40,068 bases of DNA. Source: Octopus bimaculoides (taxonomy: Eukaryota). The position numbers were made by a program, and so were the translations under genes. Within the stretch, counting starts at the first letter, position 1, and every line of letters begins with the position of its first letter. This document shows positions 12,620 through 24,891 of this stretch, piece after piece. Location of the stretch: contig NC_068984.1 in assembly GCF_001194135.2 (NCBI RefSeq), positions 23,381,398 through 23,421,465 of the forward strand, read 5' to 3'. The notes beneath the pieces are model-generated. The model ran no database searches. It was given only the letters and a program-made list of their open reading frames with translations, and was not told where the DNA came from.

Positions 12620-13030
12620 CTAACAGTGGATTTTGACGTCGATTTACGAGTCAACCCTTCTCGGAGCCAAATACTCTCCAAAGGCAGTCATTCTGGTTTA
12701 CTGTCTGTTCGATGTCAAAATTTCTTTTCATCAGCGAGCACCAGGTTAGGCAGCGTGCCTTCAGCCATCTAACGCAGGATAAGACTTCTCTCCAGTCTCA
12801 TGGACTTATTAACTTGCTTAACCGCTTATTAACCGCTCATGACAGCGGATCATCTTGTAGAGTTGTGGGGACGTGAGAGCCTCCTCCAACACGCAATACA
12901 TCGATGTTCGGCTTATTTTTGCTGTGACAGCCAGTTTTCTGACGGAACGACAAAGATTTTGCCGTATTTTTTCTCTGATACTGTTGATAAGCTGATGGAT
13001 CCGCACGCTTTATTAGTAGGAGTAGGATAA
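12620..13030 (-). pseudogene. DD37D (maT/mori-like) mariner-superfamily transposase fragment
   Basis: SIREKIRQNLCRSVRKLA...LYKM, then RLERS..GTLPNLVLADEKKF/DIEQTVNQND..W..RRQNP. This covers the HTH and the first catalytic Asp region, and runs into a gap. Confidence 0.75.
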
Positions 13031-14640
13031 CTTTAAATATTTATGTTGACGAGGGAAGTTGGAGTCTAGTATATTAGAAAAGGATTTGGCTATGTTCCTA
13101 ACATTTGGTAAGACAGGAGATCTATACCACAGAATAGAGTATCATCCACCGCTCTTTTTGATTGTTTAGGAGTAGTATAATCTATATTTTTAGAAATTAG
13201 AGGTGGATTATATGGCCCGTTATTGTTAGTTGTTTTAGGTTTTGACCTAGTGTTATATTTGTGCGTGTTGGGTCTAAGCTATATTAATCTGGGTTTTCCC
13301 GGGGTACTAGTATAGTATATGTATGGTTTGTTGTGATTAAGATGGTTAGCATGTCGTTGTGATATTACTTGAGATATATGTTGCTTGAGCCTAGTATCAA
13401 AGATGTATTTTATTTGTTGGGAGAAGCCGCTGGCAGTGAGCGCTTGGTTGTAATATGGAGCGTGGTTATTGAATATTTCTTAAGTGGATGATAGGTCAGA
13501 TATACGAATCGAGATACCCTTAACTATATTATCAAAGGTGGATTTGTGGTAATTGGAATTAATGTTTAAGTACTTAAGGTACTGGTTAGAGTTGTGATAT
13601 GGGGACTGTTGGGAGGTTTCTAAGTTTAAAGTGGCGGCTAAAAAATTAGTGGTTTTGTGTAAATTTTCAAAAGTAATAGATAGGTTGAGGTTAGAGAAAC
13701 ATTTGTGTAGATCTTTCCTAACTCGTTCTAAAGAGGATTTACTAACGCCCTTGGTGACTAGCAAAGCGTCATCTCAGTATAGACCTCCCTTGATGTTAGG
13801 GAAGTGTATTCGGAGCTGATGGAGTAAGTATAGTCCAACGACGTCGGTGATTTGGGCGGAGTTGGATGATCCCATTGTAATGTTAAAGATTTTGCTATAG
13901 TTATTGTTATTGTTATAGTGGTTGGCCCGGCACCAAAGTTTGTCCTCGATAGAAATGAGAGTTTCACGGGCATTAAGAATTAAGTTAATTTCTAGTGGGG
14001 TTAGGTTAGTTAGATTCATAGCTAGAAGGAGGGCTTGGTTCAGAAGTTTGGCAGAAATAGATGAATAGTAATTATTTATATTGAATTGTAGGAATGAAGA
14101 AGAGTTTTTGTTGTTCAAGAAATGGAACCATGTTATAACTTCACCTGTACAGAACCATAAATTGACGTTCAAGTTCTCCTTGACAACTGGTATTATTTTA
14201 TCCAGAACGTTCTTGCTTATTCTTCCCAGGTCAGACTTGGTAGGGCATATGAGGCGTATCGATGGTTTTGTTATGAAGTCCTTCTTATGATCCGTAAGGT
14301 TAAAGTTTGGAGATGTAGGGCAGTAGAGTTCTGTGCGATCGTCCACGTGTATTTTGTTCATAAGCTTGCATTGGTTGGTGTTCATATTGTCAAGGGATGA
14401 TACCGGTGCCAATTTATATGATTTGTATAGTTCATTCTTGATGAACTTGGTGTATTCCTCGATAGTAATAGGATATATGTTTCCCGTTTTAACTGAGAAG
14501 ATGTGCAATTTAGGTGATGAAGTGATCTGTTTTATAGTTTGGAAAGGTTTCTTTTCTTGAAAGGGGTATTTATATTTAGAGAATTTAATGTTCCTAATCA
14601 TATGAAGTATATCTGCTTCGAATTTGTCGGGCTGGGGATT
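13030..14640 (-). mobile_element. Penelope-like retroelement RT region, inactivated
   Basis: ORFs 13774-14601 and 13480-13764 contain DHKKDF..RLICPTKSDLGRISK, LQFNINNYYSSI, ITMGSSNSAQITDVVGLY, GGLY*DDALL and NFLAATLNL. (TA)n lies at 14648-14677. Confidence 0.9.
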
Positions 14641-14643
14641 GTA

Positions 14644-14680
<37 letters not shown>

Positions 14681-14919
14681 CGTGGAAAGTCATTTTAGCC
14701 AGTTAAGAACATAAAAATTTGCATTCACTGGTGTTTTGCTTCTTAACAGTACTATTTACTAGGAATATCAAAAAGGTTCGTCACCCTATCACGACCTGGA
14801 TACTAATACTCTGAATGAAGAGATGTAGTGGTAGTGCATCAGTGGCTGGGTCGCAGAAGAGCGACGAAATTTAATGTGTGTATATGTGAGTGTGTATATT
14901 AATACATTATATATATTTT

Positions 14920-15250
14920 ACGTATGAACACGCCAGGTCTGAGTGATTCCCGAGTTCGATCCTACCACGTAGTATTTTGGGCAGTTGTCATTTATCGTGG
15001 CTTCGGGACAGCCCCAGCTTTCGGAGTGGAAATAGGTAGACAAAAGCTCATTGAGAGTCATTGGATGTTTTTTTTAATCTGGAAATCTAAGATCCAGTCG
15101 TGTAACAGTGTCACACGTTATTCTACTCGTGAAGTGCAATAAGAGCACGTGTTTCTGTGGAATACTCAGCCACACACACAGTAATTCAATGAGCACGTAA
15201 TTTAGTTGATCGAACAACTAGAATAGTCATCATCGAAACCAACGCAGATC
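14920..15250 (+). mobile_element. Old SINE (family-A-like head, tail like 17790-18177)
   Basis: cccgagttcgatcctaccacg..ttgggcag head; gtggaatactcagccac..agttgatcgaacaactagaa tail. Confidence 0.5.
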
Positions 15251-15959
15251 CATATATTTTTTATTGAGACTTAACTGTTGTCAATGTTATCTCATTGATT
15301 CATACACAGTATCAAAGCAATAAAACTAGAACAACTCATAATGATTATTAACTCAGGCGGATGCCACAAATTTAAGGGAAGGGACTTAGTCGATTAAATC
15401 GATCCAGAATTGACTAATGCTTATTTCATTTGGTCGATCCCGGAAGAATGAGATCAGATCAGAAAATGTACATAAGTAAACACTGCAAGAAAAGTACTTT
15501 CGCTGTTGTACTGATTCTTTCAACCCTTTCCCTTGTAAGACAGGCTAATAAGATTGTACATGTGTAAATAACTCAATAATATATGGTAAATAATTCAATG
15601 ATATGTAACAACACATAATTCTGTCATGTATAATAGCATTGATATATATATATATATATATAATGTATGATTAGACTTTTTTTTACCATATGACGCAATA
15701 AATAGCAAAAGAATACGATGATATATTACTACATAGAAATACTAAAACATATTTGGACATAAATGCTTTAAAGTTTGGTCAAATCAGCTTGTTGTCAGCG
15801 TTCGTATACATCTAGCAGATGGCGACATAGCGAATAGAATGTATTGCTATCTAGAATGATTCTGAGCGCTCATTTGACATTGACTCTCGAACAAATGGCC
15901 GAGTAATAACGTTATAAATGTCATAAGACCTAACAACTATGGAGAAAAAAGAAGAAACA

Positions 15960-16236
15960 ACAAAAACTGTAAGGCAACTAAAAGTCTAAGCTGAAACTGG
16001 AACTACAAAATACTATGATAAAACGATGGCAAGAAAAGCCCTTACATAGCAAATTCTGGTATAAGCCAAACAGAAAACAAATAGACAAAGTAAAATCCCG
16101 GTTTGTAATTGCGGCACAAGATCAAAGCCTCCTCACCATAAACCAGCAAAAACACAAAATGAAGAAAACTACAATAAGTAACTGCAGAATATGTGGTGAT
16201 GGGGAAGAAATAATAAATCATATTTTCTGTGGTTGT
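15960..16236 (+). pseudogene. R4/Dong-type non-LTR C-terminal fragment (CCHC knuckle), internally deleted
   Basis: WQEKPLHSKF..IDKVKS/FVIAAQDQSLLT..CRICGDGEEIINHIFCGC, ending at (TA)n. Confidence 0.8.
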
Positions 16237-16238
16237 GA

Positions 16239-16270
<32 letters not shown>

Positions 16271-17245
16271 ACTGTTTCATAGTTGGTTGATTGTTCTCCA
16301 GAGAAGTCGTACCTATATTCTCGCCCCACTAATCGGTAACATAGCATACTTAGCCACTATATAAAGCAATCATAAATTAGTCTAGCACAGTAGTGCTTAG
16401 CTCCATTTGTGTAGTTTTGCTTTCAATAGCTTGCCGTTTATTAAAGGATATCTATTTTCATGTATGACACAGTGTGAATCAAGTGAACTGAAATAAATGA
16501 AATTATATTTTTTGCATGAGTGCACGTACATATGCGAATACCACACACACACAAACAAGACATGTGTGTGCGTGTGTAATTATGCATAGATATATATGTT
16601 TGTATCTTTTTTCTTTCTCTCTCTCTCTCTATCTGTATACATATATATGTATCTATGTATGTATGTATGTATGATGTATATATGTATGTATACGCACGAA
16701 TAATACACACATATGAATGCGTCTTCACATTTATATGTATCTGTGCCTGATATATGTCCCTATGAGACGGTAAGTGTATCTATTAATTCATGTCAAATCA
16801 CTGTGTTTACCTCAGTTGCTAGGAAATGGACTAGCTATAAATACTTCCGTGCGAGTTTTTCATTTGTCTTGCTCTCATTTCCTGCTATGTTAGAACTTCC
16901 TGAAAGGAAAAGATGTTGTCTCTTCACAATACTACCATTAAATGAGTAAATATACTCAATAATTGACAGCTATCGATTACTATTTCATTAACGAATATAA
17001 CGTTACCAATTTTACACGACCCTTCTATTACAAAATGTATTTCTACAAAGTAATCCATGTGTATTTGTTAAGGGGAATGAGTATAAAAGACATTGTTTAT
17101 GAGACAGCATTGAGCATGAAAGTCTAACACACACACACACGCGCACACACACACACACACACACATACAGACACACACACATACGCACACACGTAGTTGA
17201 ATATCAAAACAAAGATGGTTTAATAATGGATTGCTAATCCAAATG

Positions 17246-17373
<128 letters not shown>

Positions 17374-17789
17374 CATTATGTTTGACAGAAGGGGTATTAA
17401 TTATATTGTGCGTGAGTATCAATTTAAAATAGCAATCTATGTATCATACTTATTGTTGGTAAGCCTAGTACTTATTCTATCGATCTCTTTTACTGAACCG
17501 CTAAGTTTATATATGTATATATGACATTGTTCTTAAAAGCTAGAGAATCGCAAGCGTAACTTCAATACACAAAAATATTAATTTAAGTGACTATTTGGAA
17601 GCATTTTTGTTGCTTTATTGTTATAACATTTAAAGATGGGAGTGTAAATCAACATTAAAGAATGATCAAAAAGGTGGCAGTCAATGATAATATGTCTCAG
17701 AATGTGTGGATATTGTTCTTCTTCTTGTTGTGTGTCTTCTTTTTTTAAAGTCGAGTGATAAGTGTAGATAAGGCAAAACATGTTTACAT

Positions 17790-18177
17790 TGTTGTTGTTG
17801 GTACTCCGTCGCTTACGACGTCGAGGGTTCCAGTTGATCCGATCAACGGAACAGCCTGCTCGTGAAAATTAACGTGCAAGTGGCTGAGCACTCCACACAC
17901 ACGTGTACCCTTAACGTAGTTCTCGTGATATTCAGCGTGGCACAGTGTGACAAGGCTGGTCCTTTGAAATACAGGTACAACAGAAACAGGAAGAAAGAAT
18001 GAGAGAAAGTTGTGGTGAAAGAGTACAGCAGGGTTCGCCACCATCCCCTGCCGGAGCCTCGTGGAGCTTTAGGTGTTTTCGCTCAATAAACACTCACAAC
18101 GCCCCGTCTGGGAATCGAAACCGCGATCCTATGACCGCGAGTCCGCTGCCCTAACCACTGGGCCATTGCGCCTCCAC
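17790..18177 (-). mobile_element. Full-length young tRNA-derived SINE with (CAA)n tail and 11-bp TSD
   Basis: A-box TGGCCCAGTGG and B-box GGTTTCGATTCC; tail CCAACAACAACA. The TSD CATGTTTACAT is at 17779-17789 and 18178-18188. Confidence 0.92.
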
Positions 18178-19899
18178 CATGTTTACATACAATTGAATAT
18201 TTTGAGTTCATATATACCGACTTGATAAAGTCAGTGATTCAGTCTTGTCTCACATCTATACGAGCTGGTCGAACAGGATACTGAAACTAGTGATGAAAGT
18301 GAATAAAACAGATTGGCTGAACGTATCACAGTGTTATTAATAATGTCTTATAAATAGAACAAAGGAATAATATAGCTGGAAGACAAGACTTGGAAGATAA
18401 CGGAAGATTAATGAGTGTTGCAGGATCCTGTAAAAATTACGACTATAACTGTCATAGCTGAATCGATCGATCAAATTATTCTGCAAGTAATTAACCCCAA
18501 ATGATTTGCATCTCAACAAACTTATTAAGAACTTCAGAAATACGAGACAAGAGAGTCTCTACACGATGACTTGACTTACTAGAAATAGCAACCAAATCTC
18601 TCTCAATTACTCTTAGGCTTTAAATAAGATAATAACACATTAGACACTTTTGCCAAAACTAACTAGAATCTTAAAATAGTTCAACTTTTGTCAGATCCTT
18701 GCAATTGGCCAGTACTTGATCAAGGCTGACCTAGGGCGAAACACTGCTAACAATTTCTGGGAAAGGAAAATTACACGAAAGAAACTAAATTTGACTTAGC
18801 AGTATTAGATTTAAAAGAAACGTTCTAGTGGTTTCGCCTCAAGTTAACTCTGAGCAGTTCCGAGGAGGTGCCTACACACTTTACTTTCTAACTAGTGGCA
18901 GCGACACCTATCATTTAATCTAGATTTTTGTTTCTATTGTTCCGATTCGGTTTTTGTCGGTCAGTGTTTAATAGTTGTTTTAGGATATAGATTTGTTGGG
19001 TGATTTTTAAAAAATTTATTCGTTTTCATGAAAATACTTGTAAGTGTAATGAAAATAAACCGTTGGAAGTTCTTTGCTTGTAATGGGCCTTCCCCTGATT
19101 TCAGAATATCGATTAGTTTGGCTTTTCACCAAAACTAAGGTATTTTTTACGTGTGAGAGAATAGTCGTTAAAGAGTTTGATCAACCATGTTCTAAGGCTA
19201 AGTTATTTAGCTCCGTGAAGATGTCAAGTTCCACTGCTTTTTCATTTTTTAAAATTATTTTCAAGTAAAAATCCATGAAAATCATAATTTGAGTTGCGGT
19301 CTGGATGATTTACCTTCAGATAATTTTTTTTCCTTTTCTCTCTTTATACTTCATTGATCTTTTCTTGCTAACTGCAATAATGTTATGGTATGTGCTCAAT
19401 GCTCGAGGATAATTACATAAGATTTGTATGAAGTGCCATGTTTTCTTCCCGTTTCTGCTAATTTTTATGCATTCGATTAAATCTTTTCAAACTTGTCACT
19501 GAATTGAGAAGGAATTCTCTAGAGGATTTTGCTATTCATAGTATTCTCTGATAATGAATCAATTTTAACTATTATTTCATATAACTCGGAGATTTCCTTT
19601 GTGACTCCAGTTGTGAATTTATTTTGACAGCCTCGGGCTATGTTTCCTTTTCATACATAGCAAACCAATGCGCAAATTTGCCATTCAGTCTTCCAAAAAT
19701 ACTCTGCTACTTGATTAGTATTTACTTTATCGATCCTGGAAAGATTAAAAGCAAAGTTGAACCCGGCAGCATTTGAAATCAGAATTTAAAGTAATAAAAG
19801 CCTAACGCAGTGTACTAATTCAGCTATCCACCACACTACTATAATTTAAGACGGTTTCTTACAATGGCGTAAGAGCACAAATTTCTAGGGATGGGTATT

Positions 19900-20120
19900 C
19901 TTTTATCTTCTCTTCTTTACCTCGCTTCAGTCCTTGGCGTGAGGCCAGGCTGAGACACCGCCTTCGAGGATCTTAGTCGAACAAATTGACAGCAATACTT
20001 TTTCTTTTTAAATCTGGTGCATATTCTGCCAGTTATTTTGCTGAAGCGTTAAGTTAGGAGGACCTAAACAAACGAAAACCGGTTGTCAGGCGGTGGTAAG
20101 GACAAAATACACACACACAC
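19900..20120 (-). mobile_element. SINE family A, 3' half, degraded
   Basis: Reverse complement of the tail region (ttagtcgaacaaattgac...accggttgtcaggcggtgg), followed by an expanded microsatellite. Confidence 0.65.
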
Positions 20121-20177
20121 ACATGCAAACGTACACGCACACACATATACATATATAAATATTATATATACATATAT

Positions 20178-20260
<83 letters not shown>

Positions 20261-20300
20261 TATATATACATACATACACATATATATATATATATACATA

Positions 20301-21050
20301 CAAAGGTTGGACAAAATAATGAAAACACCTTAAAATTTCAAACAAATGTATTTTAATATGAGATAGAACTGCCTTTGGCAGTAATTACAGCTTGAATTCT
20401 ACGAGGTATGGACTCATACAAAGTTTAAATTGTTTCCAAAGGAATTTTTGTCCATTCTTCAGCTAAAACCATCTCCAGTTCTTGTAGTGATGATGGTGGA
20501 GGATATCGACTCCTTACTTCTTTTTCTAAAATGCACCCTAAATGTTCAATATTATTGAAATCTGGGAACTGTGGTGGTCAGATAAGATGTTCGGCTTCAC
20601 TAGAATGTTCCTCGTGCCATTCAGTAACAACTTTAGCTATGTGAATTGGTGCATTATCATCCCGAAAGATTGTTTTCCTTCTGGAAACAGTTCCGCAACC
20701 ATAGGATGAATTTGATCAGATGAAATCTTTAAATAGTCTTGACTATTAATTCTGCCATGAAGGGAAACCATTGGGCCCACAGATTTCCAAGATATAGCTC
20801 CCCTCCAAGATATAGATCCTCCTACATGTTTAATAGTTGGAAGAAGGCAGTCTGGATCAAATGCTTCTTTTGGCTGTCTCCACACGTATACTCGGCCGGT
20901 GGTCGGAAATAAGGTAAAGGATGACTCGTCCGAGAAAATAACATTCTTCCACTGCTCTAGGGACCAATTCTGTAGGTTTTTACTCCACTCTAAACGCTTT
21001 GCAACGTTTGTTTTTTGAAAGTAGGGTTTTTCTGATTGCAGAAAACCCTA
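20301..21050 (-). mobile_element. Tc1-like (DD34E) transposon, one end only
   Basis: TA|CAAAGGTTGGACAAAATAATGAAAACACC TIR. Minus-strand translation: KRLEWSKNLQNWSLEQWKNVIFSDESSF...VWRQPKEAFDPDCL..KHVGG..DDNAPIH..PPQFPDFNNIEHL..RRIQAVITAKG, with frameshifts. Confidence 0.92.
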
Positions 21051-21529
21051 CTTTGTATATCTGTATGCATGCATGTATGTATGCATGCATGTATGTATGC
21101 ATGCTTGTATGTATGCATGCATGTTATCATTCAGTTTTATTTCAAGTTTTATTTCAAGATTTATTTCAAGATTTCTTGCCAATAAAGAGCTGCTTTCTAA
21201 CCGAGAACCAAGGCCCCTTCATCAGAATTTGAAACAACCATTGATTTGTGCATGTTTGCGTGTATATGTGTAATATTTGGAATCAGTACATGTGAAGATT
21301 TGCAGTTTTTGCTTTATGTATGTATTCCCCATCTGATGGTCACTTCTTGTCGTGGGGGGGGGGTGCTTGTATATATATATGTATGTATGTATGTATGCAT
21401 GTATGTATGTATCTATGTATGTATTATGAATGTATGTATTTATGTATGTATGTATGTATGTATGTATGCATGCATGCATGTATGTATGTATGTATGTATT
21501 ATGTATGTATGTATGCATGTATGTATGTA

Positions 21530-21566
<37 letters not shown>

Positions 21567-21705
21567 ATGTGTATGTGCATGCGTGTATCAGTCACTGTCC
21601 ATCTCCAGAGTAGTCATAAAGTTAGTTATTCTGTTTTAATAATATCTGTAGTATATTAAATTTCGTCAGCGTGCTTTTAACATATTTAATTACACATTTA
21701 GAACC

Positions 21706-21740
21706 CATAAATATCGTTTGTGTGGGTAATAAATTCAGTT
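21706..21740 (+). promoter_or_regulatory. Candidate core promoter (CATAAATA TATA variant plus TCAGTT initiator)
   Basis: CATAAATA (21706-21713) starts 31 nt upstream of the A of TCAGTT (21737), which is canonical spacing. A GTAAGT donor follows 74 nt later. Confidence 0.35.
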
Positions 21741-21810
21741 TCTATATTCCTTACAATAAATACAACTTCACTTGCTACCGTATCAAAGAAAAATCTCAAG
21801 ATATGCTAAT
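21737..21810 (+). other. Candidate first exon of the secreted-peptide gene
   Basis: Runs from the initiator to AAT|GTAAGT (21811). ATG at 21803 would splice in frame to the 32780 exon (ATG CTA AT|A AGC AAA ATG). Confidence 0.38.
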
Positions 21811-22489
21811 GTAAGTTAATTTGCTTGTTTATTCTCTATTTCGAAAGTTGGAAAACTCGAGTTTTGAAATAATTCTTCTTATAGAAATTTTACTGTCAGA
21901 CGTTCTAATGGCCTTGACGTTAAATTAGCTACTTTCATGGATTGTAAGAAAAGGGCTAGCACTGTGATTTTTGCCGTGCCTTGCAGAATTGACACGGTAG
22001 ATACGGTTGATGTATGTTGGGCTAGCAAGAAAGCATGAAAAGGCAGATAATTCAAGTAGAGAGCATTTCGAGAATAGAAGAACTAACGAAGTCTTCAGCA
22101 TGTTTGTTGAAGGATTGACCAAGGGCTTAGCAAAATGTTTGTGGAGTCAGATGATGTATGAATAATATACAGGCGGGAAGCTGGAAGGCAGCTGCAATAT
22201 GTGAACTTAAAGAACAGTTTCATAGCCTATATCTCAGAGGAACTAGGCGTTATCATATAAGCAGTGATTGATAGAAGGAATACCGTATGTTTATGTGAGT
22301 TTGCTGATTGTTGATGTGTGAATTTTTACCAATAATGAAACCAGTCATTTTTGGTGTTGGTAGTGCAATTAATGAAGTCAATGCACAAATACACGCACAC
22401 ATGCACACGTACACACATACATACACAAACGCACACACCTGTACATACATAAATACATATATACATTCAGTGACATTCTTGTAATCCCA

Positions 22490-23180
22490 AGGTGCAAATG
22501 CATGTGTAGACTATGTCATGTTTCTGTGGAAAACATTATGCATGTGATTAGCAGCTGTCCTAAAATATCGTCACGGTACTACCTCCCTATGCGGCACGAT
22601 GTTGTTGCTAAAACAATTTACAATGCCATCCGCAAAAAAGACTGTCCTGAAAATTCCTCTGTTAGAAAATTCCTCTGTTAGAAAATTCCTCTGTTAAGAA
22701 ATACATTCATAAACACCAACTCAAGGAATACTGATGAAATATTCCCATCAAAACTTCTGTCAAATGTAAACATAACAGGCCGGATGTTGTTATTTGGGAC
22801 AGAGGGGCAAAGGTATGCAGCTGACCATAGAGGTCAGCTGCACTGTAGATATAAATATCTCTTTGAAAATCAAAGTAAAAGAGGATATCTATGGGAAACT
22901 GCTTCGGAACCTTTAGCTTCTATATCCAGACTATGAATATATATTCATACCAATAATAATTGGAGCACTAGGTTTTATTAGCAAATTCTTAAAGGAGAAA
23001 GAGAAATCGACCGGCTAATTCGTACATTACATGTGCAATCTATGAGTGGAACAGTAAAAATATGCAAGACTTTTCTCAAGTTCCAAATGTAAATTTGTTT
23101 GTGTTAACTACATCCCAAAGATGGAGCCTTGTATCTTTGTTGGAAAACGGCTGCTTCCTCAGTGGAAGATTTATAATAAC
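22490..23180 (+). mobile_element. Non-LTR retrotransposon 3' end with CCHC and restriction-like endonuclease (R4-related), inactivated
   Basis: CRLCHVSVENIMHVISSC..RHDVVAK..NIPIKT..HNRPDVVIWD..IEVSC..KEDIYG..IIIGALG..ICKTFLKFQM*. In-frame stops; 16-bp unit x3 at 22649-22696. Confidence 0.88.
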
Positions 23181-23269
23181 TAAAAAAATAGAAGAGACAT
23201 ACATACATACAGTAGCGTGCAAATTCATCTGGACAGGATCAAATTTCATAATTATTTTCAGGTTTTGAT

Positions 23270-24290
23270 TAGAATTTGGTGCGAATTTTTGGATGAGTAT
23301 CGCGTTCATTCATACTGGTTTCTTTAATTTTCATCCATTCAATCATGATTTGATTTTTTAGATCATGTAGTTCTGTTGGGTCAATTTCTGTGTGACTTTC
23401 TTCATCTATTTGATTTTCATCTGCCTTAGTGTTTATGGTTGGTTCAGAGAATAGTTCACTTTGCCTATCAATTACATTAACTCTTTCAATCATTATTATA
23501 TTTTCATCAGCCCTCGGTTGGTCTATAATTATTTCCTCTGTAGTATCTTCTTTAGCTGCAGCTTCGTTCTTTTATCCTTTATTACTTGTTTAATTTGGTC
23601 AATCTCTATTTCAGTTAGTAATTTCTTTTTCATAATGTTTCTTCTGACGCTGGCAAGTTTGTTACTGTCTATGTAGGGTCTTACTTCGAGGTGTTTCTGT
23701 CTCCAGTTTAAGTAGGTTTGTACAGTATTAGATTTATTTGTGGAGAAACATATGGTATGATAGAAGGCCGTAAGAACTTCTTTATTATCTTCCCTAGACC
23801 ATTTTTCATTCTTTTTCTTTTGGTTATTTGATAATGAGCATGGCTGGCCATCTGTTGGAATATTCCGGTTGTAGGGTACTTCCAGCTCCTCTGTTTCGGG
23901 AAGATTTGAACCGGTAGCTGATTTTTCGTATTGAATCTGATTCATCATTCGAGTACGTGGCCCTTTGTAACCCGGTTGATGACCATTCCGGTTTGTATTT
24001 TGCTTTATTATCAGTGAGGCATGACGAGCTTCGACGTTGACATTAGGGGACGGATCTGTCTGTTTAGAGTTAATTTTTTGAGACAACACCGTCTCCGAGT
24101 TCTCTGCATGTAAACATTGCTCGTAACGTAGCTTCTTATGGCTAACATATCTATATCGAGTACATGGCCCTTTTCAATCCGGTCGACAACCAATCTGGTT
24201 TGTAATTTGCTTTGTTATCATTGAGGCATGACGAGCTTCGACGTTGATATTAGGAGACGGATTTGTCTGTTTAGGGTCAATTTTATTTTT
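23270..24290 (-). mobile_element. R4/Dong-type element, 5' ORF region
   Basis: KWSREDNKEVLTAFY..WRQK..NKLASVRRNIMKKKLLTEIEIDQIK and IMIEWMKIKETSMNER..PKI are typical R4-clade N-terminal segments. Truncated before the RT. Confidence 0.75.
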
Positions 24291-24839
24291 ATTATTATTG
24301 GGTGAGAGACTAGTGCATGCCATCAAAGTGACACTGGGGTAAAATATACGAAGCCCGTTATACCCATCATGACTACCCGTCTGATAAGGGTACACCAGGC
24401 ACATGCATCACAACCATATATGCGTGACATGATGATCTCATATCAAGATAAACAGCGCATGACCTCGTAGGTGGGACCCAGTTAGAATTTTCTTCAGGTC
24501 GAGTAGCCCATCCCGCTCAAAAGGTCCCTGAATAAGGTTTGTTTAAGGATGTTGAGCAAAACACCCATGTTTCCAAAGGTGAATTATTCAAACCCCAAGG
24601 AATTCCTCTCAACACATGACTATGATGCTCCCCCACTAATTCTTCTCGTGGTCAGAGCTGCACATATCGTCAGCTGCTAAAGAACACACCCAACTGGTTA
24701 TGGTCAAACAACTGACAAGCAAATCTGTGGTATTAAGCAGAATATTTGCTGTAACCCATCTTTTTATACCAAGACAAAACAATGCACATGATAACACTTC
24801 CAATCAATTAAGACCAGAAGCCATGAGAGCTACTGCCTG

Positions 24840-24840
<1 letters not shown>
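24290..24840 (-). mobile_element. Non-coding retroposon bounded by TAA repeats
   Basis: About 550 bp with no ORF or tRNA boxes. The minus strand ends ...CTCTCACCCAATAATAATAA, and (TAA)n lies upstream at 24841-24890. Confidence 0.5.

Positions 24841-24891
<51 letters not shown>

Noticed and set aside
14845-14880. CAGAAGA-gcgac-GAAATTTA hammerhead-like string
   Set aside because: The core is mutated and there is no stem I pairing.
15812-15825. CTCF-like motif CTAGCAGATGGCGA
   Set aside because: A single imperfect match with no supporting context.
16836-16951. TATAAATA with TCATTT and a weak GTAAAT donor as an alternative first exon
   Set aside because: The TATA-to-initiator spacing is 26 nt and the donor is weak, so it is less convincing than 21706-21816.
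19050-19300. Possible minus-strand RT remnant
   Set aside because: No catalytic motif could be recovered convincingly.
21900-22250. Possible decayed LINE RT fragment
   Set aside because: Too degenerate to support by translation.
22730-22750. CTGATGA within a GGAATA/TATTCC hairpin; also CTGATGA near 30068
   Set aside because: The first is a mutated Trp-Trp pair in the endonuclease coding frame. The second lacks GAAA and stems.
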